Source: Candidatus Latescibacterota bacterium
GTDB taxonomy: Bacteria > Latescibacterota > UBA2968
DNA length: 64,000 nt
Reading direction: 5' to 3'
Assembly: GCA_965116885.1 (NCBI GenBank)
Contig: OZ220741.1
Span: 960,001 to 1,024,000 of the forward strand
Part shown: piece by piece, positions 9,477 through 18,750 of the stretch
Position numbering within the stretch: the stretch's first letter is position 1
Layout of the letters: the number at the start of each line of letters is the position of its first letter
Made by a program: the position numbers and the translations under genes
Notes under the pieces: model-generated
What the model saw: only the letters and a program-made list of their open reading frames with translations
Told to the model about the DNA's origin: nothing
The model's database searches: none

Positions 9477-10351
9477 GACACAACCCGCGTTGTCTCGCCA
9501 TCGGACGCCAGCAGGGGTAGCTGCCCCCCGTGGTGAACCCCGGGACCGTACAAAACCGCCTGTTGTTCAGGCGTCAACTCACTCACCCAATCGCCATAGC
9601 GTTCCTCGGGCGTAAAATACTTACCCACGGCGCGAGCCGCTGCGCGAGAAGCGTATTTATAAAGCACAGAACGCCGCTCCCCATCGCTGCGCCACGGCAG
9701 CGTACCATGCGTCATCGTCTCCGCAAAAAAGAGCACATCGCCCGCTTGCATCACCGGTTGATAAACCAGCCCCATATCATCCTCTACGGAACGCACCTCA
9801 GCGGGTGTCGGCTCCGCAGTCTTATGACTCCCCGGCACACAGGCAAACCCCCCATCGCCCTCATTCACATCCGTCAACTGCCACGCCACAGTAATACCCC
9901 GACAGAAAATCTTCCCATTCTGCTGGTGATACCACACCGACTGGCTAAACGGCTCCCCGCCACCGTGCAGTGTATGCCCCTCTGCACCCTTGTGCGCGCT
10001 GATCAACAGCGGCCCGTGATCCAGGCGAAAACCCTTGCCGCTAAACTCATTCAAACGACTCACCACAACCGGATGAACCAGCAACTTCCGAAACGGCTCG
10101 CGATAGGGTTCGGGCCAGCCCAACATACCCGTAAGCTCGCGCCTACCCTCTTTACCCGTAAGCGCGGACGACCCTCGCGCCAGACCCCCATCTTCAATAG
10201 ACCGCGTCCTGATCTCATCCCCATAGTGATCAATCGCATCATTGCACGCCTTGACCTCATCTGCGGACAATGCCCCCCGCACGACCAGATAGCCGCGCAG
10301 GTCAAAAAAGTACTTCTCCTCTTCACTCACTGTATAAAGATTGTTGCCCAT
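9473..10351 (-). CDS. PhyH-family Fe(II)/2OG enzyme with HxG motif
   Basis: YFFDLRGYL, FRLDH, LHGGG, GGFACVPGSHK, THGT, RRSVLYKY. Confidence 0.88.
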   Translation of the reverse strand: MGNNLYTVSEEEKYFFDLRGYLVVRGALSADEVKACNDAIDHYGDEIRTRSIEDGGLARGSSALTGKEGRRELTGMLGWPEPYREPFRKLLVHPVVVSRLNEFSGKGFRLDHGPLLISAHKGAEGHTLHGGGEPFSQSVWYHQQNGKIFCRGITVAWQLTDVNEGDGGFACVPGSHKTAEPTPAEVRSVEDDMGLVYQPVMQAGDVLFFAETMTHGTLPWRSDGERRSVLYKYASRAAARAVGKYFTPEERYGDWVSELTPEQQAVLYGPGVHHGGQLPLLASDGETTRVVS

Positions 10352-10374
10352 GGTAAAACGCTCCTATTTTTATA

Positions 10375-11232
10375 CTACCCCTCTATCCGCACGCTCCCAT
10401 CCTCACAGACCTCCAGATACGGCACGCGGCCTTTGTGATTGGAATAGGGACCATACATAACCGACAACTGCTCGGGCGTCATATCCTCGACAATCTCTCG
10501 ATCCCAATAAATCTCCGGCGGCGACACCTCCTGAGAAGGACCGCCCCGCGCACACGTGCGCCCCGTGTATTTGAACAAAATGGACCGCCGCGTCGTATCC
10601 AACTTCCACGGCGTTGCGCCGTGTGCTTGCGCGCTATCCATAAAAAAGACGACATCGCCAGCCTCCACCACCGGCTGCTTAATCAAACCCATATCGTCAT
10701 CTCCAGTACGCACGCCACCTGGCATCGGAAACATCGCCTTGTGACTCGAAGGCACACAGGCAAACCCACCCATCCCCTCTTTGCAATCGTGCAATTGCCA
10801 CGCCACAGTCACACCGCCAACCCAGGTCTTGCCATTTTGATGGTGATACGCGACATGCGGGCGATGCGGCTCGCCATTTCCGTGCATCGTATGGCCCGCC
10901 GTACCCTTATTACTCACAATAAACATCGGACCGTGATCCAGCCGAAACCCTTTATCGCACATCACATTGAGATACTTCACCAGCACCGGGTGTGCCAGCA
11001 TCTCCCGGAAAGGTTCACAATCCGGTTTTGGAAATTCCAGAATACCGGGCAACATAGGACGCCCCGTACCGGCAAAAGCGACCGACTCCCTCGCCGTTGA
11101 ACCGCCGACCTGAACCCGGTCCCAGTAGCGATCCACAATATCATTCGCCCGCGCAACCTCTTCCTTTGACAACACGCCTTTCACGACGAGGTATCCCGTC
11201 AAATCCCAGAAATATCGCTCGCGCGCATCCAT
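10375..11232 (-). CDS. PhyH-family Fe(II)/2OG enzyme with HxN motif, paralog of the adjacent gene
   Basis: YFWDLTGYL, FRLDH, MHGNG, GGFACVPSSHK, AHGA, RRSILFKY. Confidence 0.88.
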   Translation of the reverse strand: MDARERYFWDLTGYLVVKGVLSKEEVARANDIVDRYWDRVQVGGSTARESVAFAGTGRPMLPGILEFPKPDCEPFREMLAHPVLVKYLNVMCDKGFRLDHGPMFIVSNKGTAGHTMHGNGEPHRPHVAYHHQNGKTWVGGVTVAWQLHDCKEGMGGFACVPSSHKAMFPMPGGVRTGDDDMGLIKQPVVEAGDVVFFMDSAQAHGATPWKLDTTRRSILFKYTGRTCARGGPSQEVSPPEIYWDREIVEDMTPEQLSVMYGPYSNHKGRVPYLEVCEDGSVRIEG

Positions 11233-11345
11233 AAGGCTTCTCCTTTTGAGATAGGTAAATACTTTTCAACATGAACATCAATGAACCTGAAATTTCTAAA
11301 AGTCAATTTTTTTCGACAGGGCAGGGTGAGAAAAACGGCTTTTTA

Positions 11346-12215
11346 TCAAAACAAATCCATCTGCACAGGCGCCTCTACAACCTGCTCCGCGGGCCAGGGC
11401 GGCATCTCGCCGACATCTATATCCCCAGACAACATCTGGTGAAAATGGCGCGCCAAATGCGGTGCGTAAAAATCATCGGGCGCGTGCATAAACACAAACG
11501 GCGTTCGCCCCTCGCGTATCCAATTGGCAACCACCGGCACCCACTCTGCAAGAAGCGGCAGATTCTTCTCAACCTCCGGATGACCGACAAACCTCACAAA
11601 AGGAAAACGCCCCGTCGCAAGAAACCGAACGGGAACCTTTGGCTTCTTTCGCTGTGCTTCGCGCCCTGCAACATCATCCGTCTGAGCACTGTGCAACCCC
11701 CGCGTATCAAACACCACGCGATCCACGCCATGACTTTTGAGCACCGCATGCAACTCATTTTCTGCCTCGGCAAAAAACAGATGGTGCCGAATCTCCACAG
11801 CATAAGAAAATGTATCGGGCAGCGTGTCCAAATACCTGTCCAATACCGGCAAATCGCGCGGCCCATAAGAGGGAGGCAACTGCAAAAATGACGGACCCAC
11901 CCGATCCTGTAACACCGTGAGAACATCTACAAACGCGGCCGTCTCCAGTTCGGCATTTCGCAACCGCTTATCGTGGCTAATCGCACGCGGAAACTTGAGC
12001 GCAAAACGAAACCCCGGCGGCGTATCAGCCAGCCAGCGCATCGCGGCCTTATCCGAAGGCAAACCGTAAAAAGTGGTATTCCCCTCCACAGTATTAAACA
12101 CAGAGGCGTATTGCTTCAAAAAATCTTTCTGCACAACATCGGGCGCAAACAACTCGCCCACCCACTCCTTATTGCCCCAAATCGGACAGCCTAAAAAATA
12201 ACGTTCGATACTCAT
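11346..12215 (-). CDS. DUF72 (YecE-like) protein
   Basis: GCPIW, YASVFNTVEGNTTFYGLP, KFPRAISH, FLQLPP, AVEIRH, FMHAPD. Confidence 0.9.
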   Translation of the reverse strand: MSIERYFLGCPIWGNKEWVGELFAPDVVQKDFLKQYASVFNTVEGNTTFYGLPSDKAAMRWLADTPPGFRFALKFPRAISHDKRLRNAELETAAFVDVLTVLQDRVGPSFLQLPPSYGPRDLPVLDRYLDTLPDTFSYAVEIRHHLFFAEAENELHAVLKSHGVDRVVFDTRGLHSAQTDDVAGREAQRKKPKVPVRFLATGRFPFVRFVGHPEVEKNLPLLAEWVPVVANWIREGRTPFVFMHAPDDFYAPHLARHFHQMLSGDIDVGEMPPWPAEQVVEAPVQMDLF

Positions 12216-12223
12216 AACAGCCT

Positions 12224-13792
12224 CTATATAGACCCCTTGCCACCCACCCACAACCCCACAACACACGGCTGATCCTTATCGCTAAACGGATTGACCAAAT
12301 CAGTATTAAACCCACCCCAATCACTCGACTTTTCCATCTCGCCACTGCTCCGCTCACCCGTCAAAATTGCCATCCAATCCACCGCTATCGGTGTCCCCTC
12401 TCCCACATCGGACAAATCGATACGCGTATCGCCGCCCTCGGGTAAATACACCAGATACACATCCCCTGCCAGCGCCAGACAAAGACCGCGCTCCACATAC
12501 TCATTATCCCCAACCATCTGATTAAACGGCAGCCCCTCCAAAAAATCCCGCAACTCCCGATACCTCATCCAGCTCTCTGGCACCGGCTCAAACTTAATCA
12601 AATCCCACGACGTATTGTCATAATAATAACACGGATATGCACCAGCCGCATAAATCGCCCACGTCCACTTCAAAATATCATCCCACTCGGCAGTCGTGCG
12701 CCCGCGATAAGTCTTGAGCTGTTCCTCGGCAAGCTCATACCCGTATTCCACATTCACATAAGGCGTACCCGAATTCCGCATCCTGCGAATCGCCTCTCGA
12801 TTATAGCGCGCCGCATCGGACAAATGCACCTGATCCGTCACAAAATCCGACTGGCGATCCGGTTCAGACAGCGTACCCGCGTTTCGAAGTACAACATCGT
12901 GCACCGTCAGCAAATGCCCATACGCATCTGCCTTGCGAATAATAGCCATGCGATCCAGAACATAATCGTGATCGCCCATCTCGCGAAACAGATTCTTGCT
13001 CTCCTTGCCCACATCCCAGATCACATTCCCAAACGCCTGGTACCGCGCAACCGCATAGCGCCAGAACCGATCATCTGCCTCTGTCTCGCGCGCTGGCCAA
13101 TTCACCTGCTTATTTTGCACCTGCAACATCAGATGAACCACAATCCCCTTCCCGTGCAAATAGCGCATCAAGCGGTCAAAATCGCGAAAAAAATCGATAT
13201 TCATCCGCTCGTGATCCGGCGCATCATTCGCGCCCTCGAACAAATACATCTCCGGAGGACCAAAAAGGTACTCGGGCAACATCTGGCGCGTATCGTCATT
13301 CGGCCTTGAACCAAAACCCGTATGGGCGTACAAATTCATAACAAAACAATTGAACCCCCGGCTCGCAACCAGATCGACATGCCGATAACACCGCTCGGCA
13401 TCTGCCTGGTGATAGCTAAACAACCAATCGCACTCAAAACCCAGATATAAAAACGGCGTACCATCAGACCATGCAAACCGCTGTGGATATTCCGGATCAA
13501 TACCCACCAGACCATGCACATCAGCGTTCTCATTCCCCACACACTGCACACGCCACTCAGCCCCATCCAGCCCCGAATGCTCAGACCGCGAACGCCCCGT
13601 CCAAACACCTTCTACACCCGGACTAAACCGCACAACCCATTTATCCCCATCAAAAAAACCGGGCAAATCTTCAACCACCTCGCCCAGTTCATGAGTAAAA
13701 GTTGCCGTCACCTCGACCGCAAACGGATTTTTATCCCCCACATCCGAATACAATTCAAAATCGCACACCGCGTATTGTTGCACCTCTACCAT
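12224..13792 (-). CDS. DUF5060/DUF4038 putative glycoside hydrolase (apiosidase-like)
   Basis: NPF..V.ATF, GFFDGDKW.VRFSP, DGTPF, YAVARYQAFGNVIWDVGKE, NVEYGYE, YLVYLPEGG. Confidence 0.8.
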   Translation of the reverse strand: MVEVQQYAVCDFELYSDVGDKNPFAVEVTATFTHELGEVVEDLPGFFDGDKWVVRFSPGVEGVWTGRSRSEHSGLDGAEWRVQCVGNENADVHGLVGIDPEYPQRFAWSDGTPFLYLGFECDWLFSYHQADAERCYRHVDLVASRGFNCFVMNLYAHTGFGSRPNDDTRQMLPEYLFGPPEMYLFEGANDAPDHERMNIDFFRDFDRLMRYLHGKGIVVHLMLQVQNKQVNWPARETEADDRFWRYAVARYQAFGNVIWDVGKESKNLFREMGDHDYVLDRMAIIRKADAYGHLLTVHDVVLRNAGTLSEPDRQSDFVTDQVHLSDAARYNREAIRRMRNSGTPYVNVEYGYELAEEQLKTYRGRTTAEWDDILKWTWAIYAAGAYPCYYYDNTSWDLIKFEPVPESWMRYRELRDFLEGLPFNQMVGDNEYVERGLCLALAGDVYLVYLPEGGDTRIDLSDVGEGTPIAVDWMAILTGERSSGEMEKSSDWGGFNTDLVNPFSDKDQPCVVGLWVGGKGSI

Positions 13793-13804
13793 CGGATAAA
13801 TCCC

Positions 13805-13897
13805 CTATTTATAAGACTTAATCACATAATACAACAACACACCCAGCACAATAACCACAACCCCCACCCAGATCAGCGCCCAAAACTGAACATCCAT
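13805..13897 (-). CDS. 30-aa single-pass membrane protein (below ORF-track cutoff)
   Basis: MDVQFWALIWVGVVVIVLGVLLYYVIKSYK; ATG overlaps upstream TGA (TGATG) and the ORF fills the intergenic gap. Confidence 0.65.
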   Translation of the reverse strand: MDVQFWALIWVGVVVIVLGVLLYYVIKSYK

Positions 13898-14706
13898 CAC
13901 TCACCATCCTCAATCGACACATCACGCACATCATCTGTCCAATCAACCCAGATATCATCTCCCGGGGGTTCTTCCTGAAGCTGGGGCATATCGTTCAGCT
14001 TGAAATCGTACAACACCGCCTTTCGGATCTGCCGCGAATAATTGGCCGACGCCATATGCCCAATGCGGTGGTGCCAGAAAACAATATCGCCGGGTTCGCC
14101 ATGCGTCTGATATGAATTCTCGTCACAAGATTGAAACGCCTCTCTATGCTTCTCCATCCGGGGCAATGGCTCCCTGAGATAGCGCGTCTGGTAATCGAAA
14201 AAAAACGTGCGATGGCTCTTAGGCCACACCGTAAAACCACCGCCATCTTCGGGCACATGATCGATATAACCCACCACTGCAAAATTGAACGCATGGGCAT
14301 CCACATGCAAATGACGCGGTTGGCGCGGGACATCGCCATAGGGCAACGTACAATAAATACCGCGCACACCTGCAGGCTCTGGAAAATTCCCCTTACCCAG
14401 CATCTGTTCAGCAGCACCCCACACAACCGGATTCTTTGCCAACAGCTCAATCATCCAGGGCTCTCTGCCCACCTTGCGGTATTGCCAGCGATAACCGCGC
14501 TTGTAATTGCTCTTATCCATTGATTCCTCTTCCGGCTTAATGGGACCGACCCAGGAATCCGGATCATCTTTCTTCAAACTCGGCGGCGGATCGTCCCACA
14601 GGCGTTCCCGCGCACGGGCGCACAACTCCGGATCCAGAGCGCCCTTCTTCACCAGATAGCCCTCGCGTTTAAAAAAACGGATCTCGTCTTCTGTAAGCAC
14701 AGACAT
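13897..14706 (-). CDS. PhyH-family Fe(II)/2OG dioxygenase, canonical triad
   Basis: FFKREGYL, LHVD, GGFTVWPKSH, GDIVFWHHRIGH, R.AVLYDF. Confidence 0.88.
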   Translation of the reverse strand: MSVLTEDEIRFFKREGYLVKKGALDPELCARARERLWDDPPPSLKKDDPDSWVGPIKPEEESMDKSNYKRGYRWQYRKVGREPWMIELLAKNPVVWGAAEQMLGKGNFPEPAGVRGIYCTLPYGDVPRQPRHLHVDAHAFNFAVVGYIDHVPEDGGGFTVWPKSHRTFFFDYQTRYLREPLPRMEKHREAFQSCDENSYQTHGEPGDIVFWHHRIGHMASANYSRQIRKAVLYDFKLNDMPQLQEEPPGDDIWVDWTDDVRDVSIEDGE

Positions 14707-14797
14707 GACTCTCTCCTCTTTTGTGCGAATTGATACTGTCAATCCAATTATAGGCACTTACCTATCGTGAAAAAAGTATAAAGTGACCTGATACAAC

Positions 14798-14828
14798 AAA
14801 AAACCCGGTCTTAATAATGAGACCGGGG
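14798..14828 (-). terminator. Intrinsic terminator
   Basis: CCCGGTCT/AGACCGGG stem followed by a T run on the minus strand, downstream of 14875..15162. Confidence 0.65.
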
Positions 14829-14874
14829 AGAAATTTCATATTTGTAGTGGCGCATTCGAGAAGCCCTTTTCTGT

Positions 14875-15162
14875 TCAGGGCTTAGCAAAGGTCATAATGA
14901 TCGAAACGGCTGTACCGACATTTGCAAGCAACACAACGACCAGCAGGCCAATAAGCCACCTGAAATTGCTGTTATTGCGAGTATCCATGTTGGTCAACCG
15001 GGTGTCCATGTTGGTCAACCGAGTGTCTATATTGGAAAAGCCGTTGTCAACGCGGGTTTCAAGGCCAGTCAAGCGCGTGTTCATTTGTTCAGCAATTCCC
15101 TCGACGCGCGCCAGGCGGGCGTCCATTTCGGACAGTTTGTCTTGTGGTGTCGGAATCTGCAT
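14875..15162 (-). CDS. Small coiled-coil protein with C-terminal membrane anchor
   Basis: Heptad repeats (DTRLTNM) encoded by 21-bp tandem units at 14978-15040; FRWLIGLLVVVLL TM helix. Confidence 0.8.
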   Translation of the reverse strand: MQIPTPQDKLSEMDARLARVEGIAEQMNTRLTGLETRVDNGFSNIDTRLTNMDTRLTNMDTRNNSNFRWLIGLLVVVLLANVGTAVSIIMTFAKP

Positions 15163-15206
15163 GGGTTTCTTTTTTTGTGTGTAGTGGTCTATACTCCGTC
15201 TATGGA

Positions 15207-15235
15207 ATTATACCAGACCTTTTAGAATTAAGCAA
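15207..15235 (-). promoter_or_regulatory. Sigma70-type promoter with extended -10
   Basis: TTGCTT-17 nt-TATAAT, TG dinucleotide before the -10. Confidence 0.6.
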
Positions 15236-15298
15236 GTCCTATCGGCGTTTTTTAGCATTGCCCTGTTATACTTCGCCTGTGTCTTTACTCTAATTTAC

Positions 15299-15649
15299 CT
15301 ACCCCTCATCCCGCTGATACGACGCCGTAATCTCGTGATCTATACCCCCGCGAATATTGAAACGGCTGATCACCTCCATCTCGACCGGATCGCACAGCGC
15401 CACCAGATCGTTCAAAATCTGATTCGTCACAGGCTCCATATAAATCCCCTGATCTCGGAACGACCAGAAATAGTGCTTCAGCGACCGCAACTCCACACAC
15501 CGCTGACCTGGAACATACCAGACCACAATCGTCGCAAAATCCGGCTGCCCCGTCTTGGGACACAGCGACGTAAACTCCGGAAACGTAAACTCAATCGTAT
15601 AACGCCGCTCCGGATTCGGATTGTCAAACGCCTCTAATATGGAACTCAT
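15299..15649 (-). CDS. queF: QueF-type nitrile reductase (preQ1 synthase family), catalytic Cys/Asp intact
   Basis: PEFTSLCPKTGQPDFA, ELRSLKHYF, SFRDQGIYME, RGGI. Confidence 0.88.
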   Translation of the reverse strand: MSSILEAFDNPNPERRYTIEFTFPEFTSLCPKTGQPDFATIVVWYVPGQRCVELRSLKHYFWSFRDQGIYMEPVTNQILNDLVALCDPVEMEVISRFNIRGGIDHEITASYQRDEG

Positions 15650-15703
15650 ACCTCATCCTTCACACTTCACATCTTATCTGCGTTCATCTGCGTCATCTGC
15701 GGA

Positions 15704-16048
15704 TCATACTTCATCCTCGCGCTCGTACATCACAGACACCCGCGTCTCAATCCCCCCCCGCACCGTAAAATCACCCGTCACATCTAACGTCACAGGATCG
15801 CAGGCCGCTACAAAATCATCTACAATCCTATTAACCACACCCTCGTAAAACACCTTCTCATCCCGAAACGACCCCAAATACCGCTTCAGCGACATCTGCT
15901 CCACACATACCTCTCCCGGCACATAAGAAATCGAAATCGCGGCAAAAATCGGCTGCCCCGTCACCGCGTACAGCGCCGTAAACTCCGACGTCTCAAAATC
16001 AATCGTATAAACCCGCCCGCGCTCGGGATTGTCAACACATTCTAACAT
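15704..16048 (-). CDS. QueF paralog lacking catalytic Cys and Asp
   Basis: Colinear with QueF: EFTALYAVTGQPIFA, EQMSLKRYL, SFRDEKVFYE, VRGGI; start at ATG 16048, 4 nt after the upstream stop. Confidence 0.82.
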   Translation of the reverse strand: MLECVDNPERGRVYTIDFETSEFTALYAVTGQPIFAAISISYVPGEVCVEQMSLKRYLGSFRDEKVFYEGVVNRIVDDFVAACDPVTLDVTGDFTVRGGIETRVSVMYEREDEV

Positions 16049-16052
16049 AAAA

Positions 16053-17219
16053 TCACTCAAACGGCACCAGACTCGCGCCCACCGGATCGGGACTCGTGGG
16101 CCGAATCGGCATCTCCTCATAAGAACGATAAGATATATCCAGATGCGGCGTCTCAACCCGTCTATACCCCTCATACCGCGAATCTATCAACGCCTCCAGC
16201 GCACCGGAAATCAGCAACGTGCGCTCAACCGGATACTGCGGTCGCCCCGTCAAAAACATCTGCTGAATATTCAAACTCAAATAACTAAAATGCGCATGCG
16301 GATTATCCGGCAAAAAAACGCGCATATTATCCACCTCTCCCCCGCGCCGCGCCGCAAAACCCCACCCCCGCGTGTACCCATTCAACATAAACGTCGCCGC
16401 CGTCAACCCATCTGCATACTCCAACAAAAAAACAGCCGGATTCTCGCAATGCGCGCGCACATCGCCATCCTCCTTCGCCTCAATATGCGCCACCGCCGCC
16501 GCGTACAAATCGCGATCCCACGCATCCGACGCCCAGACATCATCCCCCTCCAAACACTGCACCGCCACAATCCCCGTCTCCCCGCCCGCCCGGCGCTCAA
16601 CCATACACTGCAGCGTCTCCAGCGCGTGAAAACCATAAGAATCAAGCCCACCAAAAGCCACCGACATCGCCATCTCGATCTCCGTATCCAAATCATACTC
16701 AAGCCACGGCTTGCGCCATGCAAGTGGCAGAGACGACCCCGCCATAAACGGCACCTCTATCTCCCGCGCGCGATCGCACATCCACTTTGCATCGTGCCAA
16801 TTATACGAAAGATGCTTATCGCTAAACACCGGCACAGACCGCCCCGACGAAGCGAACACCCCGCAAATCTGCTCAAAAAAATACTTCCGCGGATACATAT
16901 GTTGCTCCTTCTCATTCCACGGATAATCGCCGTGCTCGCCAATCAGCAACACCCCATCCACCGCCAGTTCATCACCGCCCAAAGTCAACGCCTGATTAAT
17001 ACTCCCGAACATCGGCACACCGTATTCCTCTGCAATCGCGCACCCGATATCATCTCTGAAATGCACCTGATCCAGATACATCGACGCCACATCCACCTCT
17101 GGTGAAAGCAACCCGTCATCTGTTGGAAACCCCTTCAAAAACTTCGTCACAATCACATCGGCATGTGACCGCGGAAAATACGACGTAATCACCGCTGCGA
17201 TTTTCTTTCGATCAGCCAT
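16053..17219 (-). CDS. Conserved hypothetical protein, Gfo/Idh/MocA-like oxidoreductase fold
   Basis: SHADVI, VDGVLLIGEHGDYP, PVFSDKHL, FMAGSSLP, YGFHALE; GGAGG RBS. Confidence 0.7.
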   Translation of the reverse strand: MADRKKIAAVITSYFPRSHADVIVTKFLKGFPTDDGLLSPEVDVASMYLDQVHFRDDIGCAIAEEYGVPMFGSINQALTLGGDELAVDGVLLIGEHGDYPWNEKEQHMYPRKYFFEQICGVFASSGRSVPVFSDKHLSYNWHDAKWMCDRAREIEVPFMAGSSLPLAWRKPWLEYDLDTEIEMAMSVAFGGLDSYGFHALETLQCMVERRAGGETGIVAVQCLEGDDVWASDAWDRDLYAAAVAHIEAKEDGDVRAHCENPAVFLLEYADGLTAATFMLNGYTRGWGFAARRGGEVDNMRVFLPDNPHAHFSYLSLNIQQMFLTGRPQYPVERTLLISGALEALIDSRYEGYRRVETPHLDISYRSYEEMPIRPTSPDPVGASLVPFE

Positions 17220-17295
17220 AGCTTTTCCCTCCTGTCTCGTTGTGTAAACGTTAAATTATACCACAAGGAGTTCAACGACAACAAAAAAAACCTTC

Positions 17296-17367
17296 TGGAT
17301 CGCACGGGACGGCACGGGGGCCGTCCCCTACAACATCATGCCGCAATGACGCATGCCTCGCCCCTAC
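17296..17367. repeat. Composite REP element
   Basis: CTGGATCGC-GGGACGGCACGGGGGCCGTCCCCTAC-ATGCCGCAATGAC-GCATGCCTCGCCCCTAC; near-identical composite at 54271-54340. Confidence 0.8.
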
Positions 17368-17466
17368 ACTGACCACTGACTACTAAATATTCTTACATCC
17401 TCACACCCAAAATTTGGTATCTTAAACACCCTGAACACAACCACAATCTTTACCAGGAGGAATCAC

Positions 17467-18072
17467 TTGACCGAAGTCAAAGCCACCAACATCGTCTGGC
17501 ACGAAGGCCATGTCGCGCGCAAACAGCGCGAAGACCTACTCGAACAAAAAGGCGCACTCATCTGGCTCACCGGACTGCCCAGCTCGGGCAAAAGCACCAT
17601 CGCATTCACCACAGAACACGCCCTGATCGAACGCGGGCGCATGGCCTATGTACTCGACGGCGACAACATCCGCCACGGCCTCAACAAAAACCTCGGATTC
17701 TCAGCCGAAGACCGCGCAGAAAACATCCGCCGCATCGGCGAAGTAGGCAAACTCTTTACCGACGCCGGTATCATCACCCTATCCAGCTTTGTAAGCCCCT
17801 ATCGCACCGACCGCGACAGCGTGCGCGAACTCATGGAAAACAAAAACTTCATCGAAGTATTCATCAACACCCCGCTCGACGTATGTGAAGAACGCGACCC
17901 CAAGGGCCTGTACAAAAAAGCGCGCACAGGTGAAATACCCAACTTCACCGGCATCTCTGACCCCTATGAACCCCCCGAAAACCCCGAACTCGTCATACAC
18001 ACCGTTGACAGCACGCCACAAGAGGCCGCATTGCAAATCATCTCCCTGCTCGAAACGCGCGGAAACATCTGA
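17467..18072 (+). CDS. cysC: Adenylyl-sulfate kinase
   Basis: WLTGLPSSGKST, LDGDNIRHGL, DRAENIRR, RDPKGLY, FTGISDPYE; TTG start with AGGAGG RBS. Confidence 0.96.
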   Translation: MTEVKATNIVWHEGHVARKQREDLLEQKGALIWLTGLPSSGKSTIAFTTEHALIERGRMAYVLDGDNIRHGLNKNLGFSAEDRAENIRRIGEVGKLFTDAGIITLSSFVSPYRTDRDSVRELMENKNFIEVFINTPLDVCEERDPKGLYKKARTGEIPNFTGISDPYEPPENPELVIHTVDSTPQEAALQIISLLETRGNI

Positions 18073-18074
18073 CA

Positions 18075-18734
18075 ATGCCCATCATCGACCTCACCATGCC
18101 CATTGCCGACCACTTCCGCTGGCCCGTTGAGCGCAGCCTAAAAAGCAGTTTTGAAACCGGCGACATGGCGCAAGTGACCCACATGGGATGGGCAGTCCAC
18201 GGATTCACGCACGTCGATGCGCCGCGCCACATGTTCCCGGAAGGACCCACCACCAGCGACACCAAACTCGACCAAATCGTGGGACAAGCCGCAGTCGTCG
18301 ATCTCTCGGGCATCGCGCCGGAAACCCCGATCACCGAAGCGCAGATTCGCGCTGCCGGACAACACATACGATCCGGAGACATCGTCGTCATGAAAACGCG
18401 GTGGGACGAAATAGAATCGCATCAAACCCCCGAATTCTGGACCCGCGCGCCCTACATGTCGCGCGCTGCCGCAAAATGGTTGCGCGCGCAAAACATCCGC
18501 GCCATAGCATTTGACTTTCCGCAGGACTATCCCATTCGCCAATTGCTCAATAACCAGAGAGCACCCCTTTCCGAATTTGTAACCCACGACATCCTCTTGC
18601 GCGAAGGCATTATCCTCATCGAATACATCTGCAACACGGGCATGATAGCAACAGACCGCGTATCCTTCTTCGCCCTACCCTTAAAAATCCCCGAAGCCGA
18701 TGGCGCACCGGCTCGCGTCATCGCAATACCATAA
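18075..18734 (+). CDS. Cyclase family metal hydrolase (kynurenine formamidase-like)
   Basis: IIDLT, HGFTHVDAPRH, ALPLKI..ADGAPARVIA. Confidence 0.88.
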   Translation: MPIIDLTMPIADHFRWPVERSLKSSFETGDMAQVTHMGWAVHGFTHVDAPRHMFPEGPTTSDTKLDQIVGQAAVVDLSGIAPETPITEAQIRAAGQHIRSGDIVVMKTRWDEIESHQTPEFWTRAPYMSRAAAKWLRAQNIRAIAFDFPQDYPIRQLLNNQRAPLSEFVTHDILLREGIILIEYICNTGMIATDRVSFFALPLKIPEADGAPARVIAIP

Positions 18735-18750
18735 CCCCCGGGAAACCACC

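Noticed and set aside
15650..15703. Read-through fusion of the two in-frame QueF genes
   Set aside because: Two further in-frame stops (TAA, TGA) in the spacer, and the downstream gene has its own RBS
16029..17105. 358-aa + strand ORF
   Set aside because: Antisense shadow of 16053..17219 with no recognisable motifs
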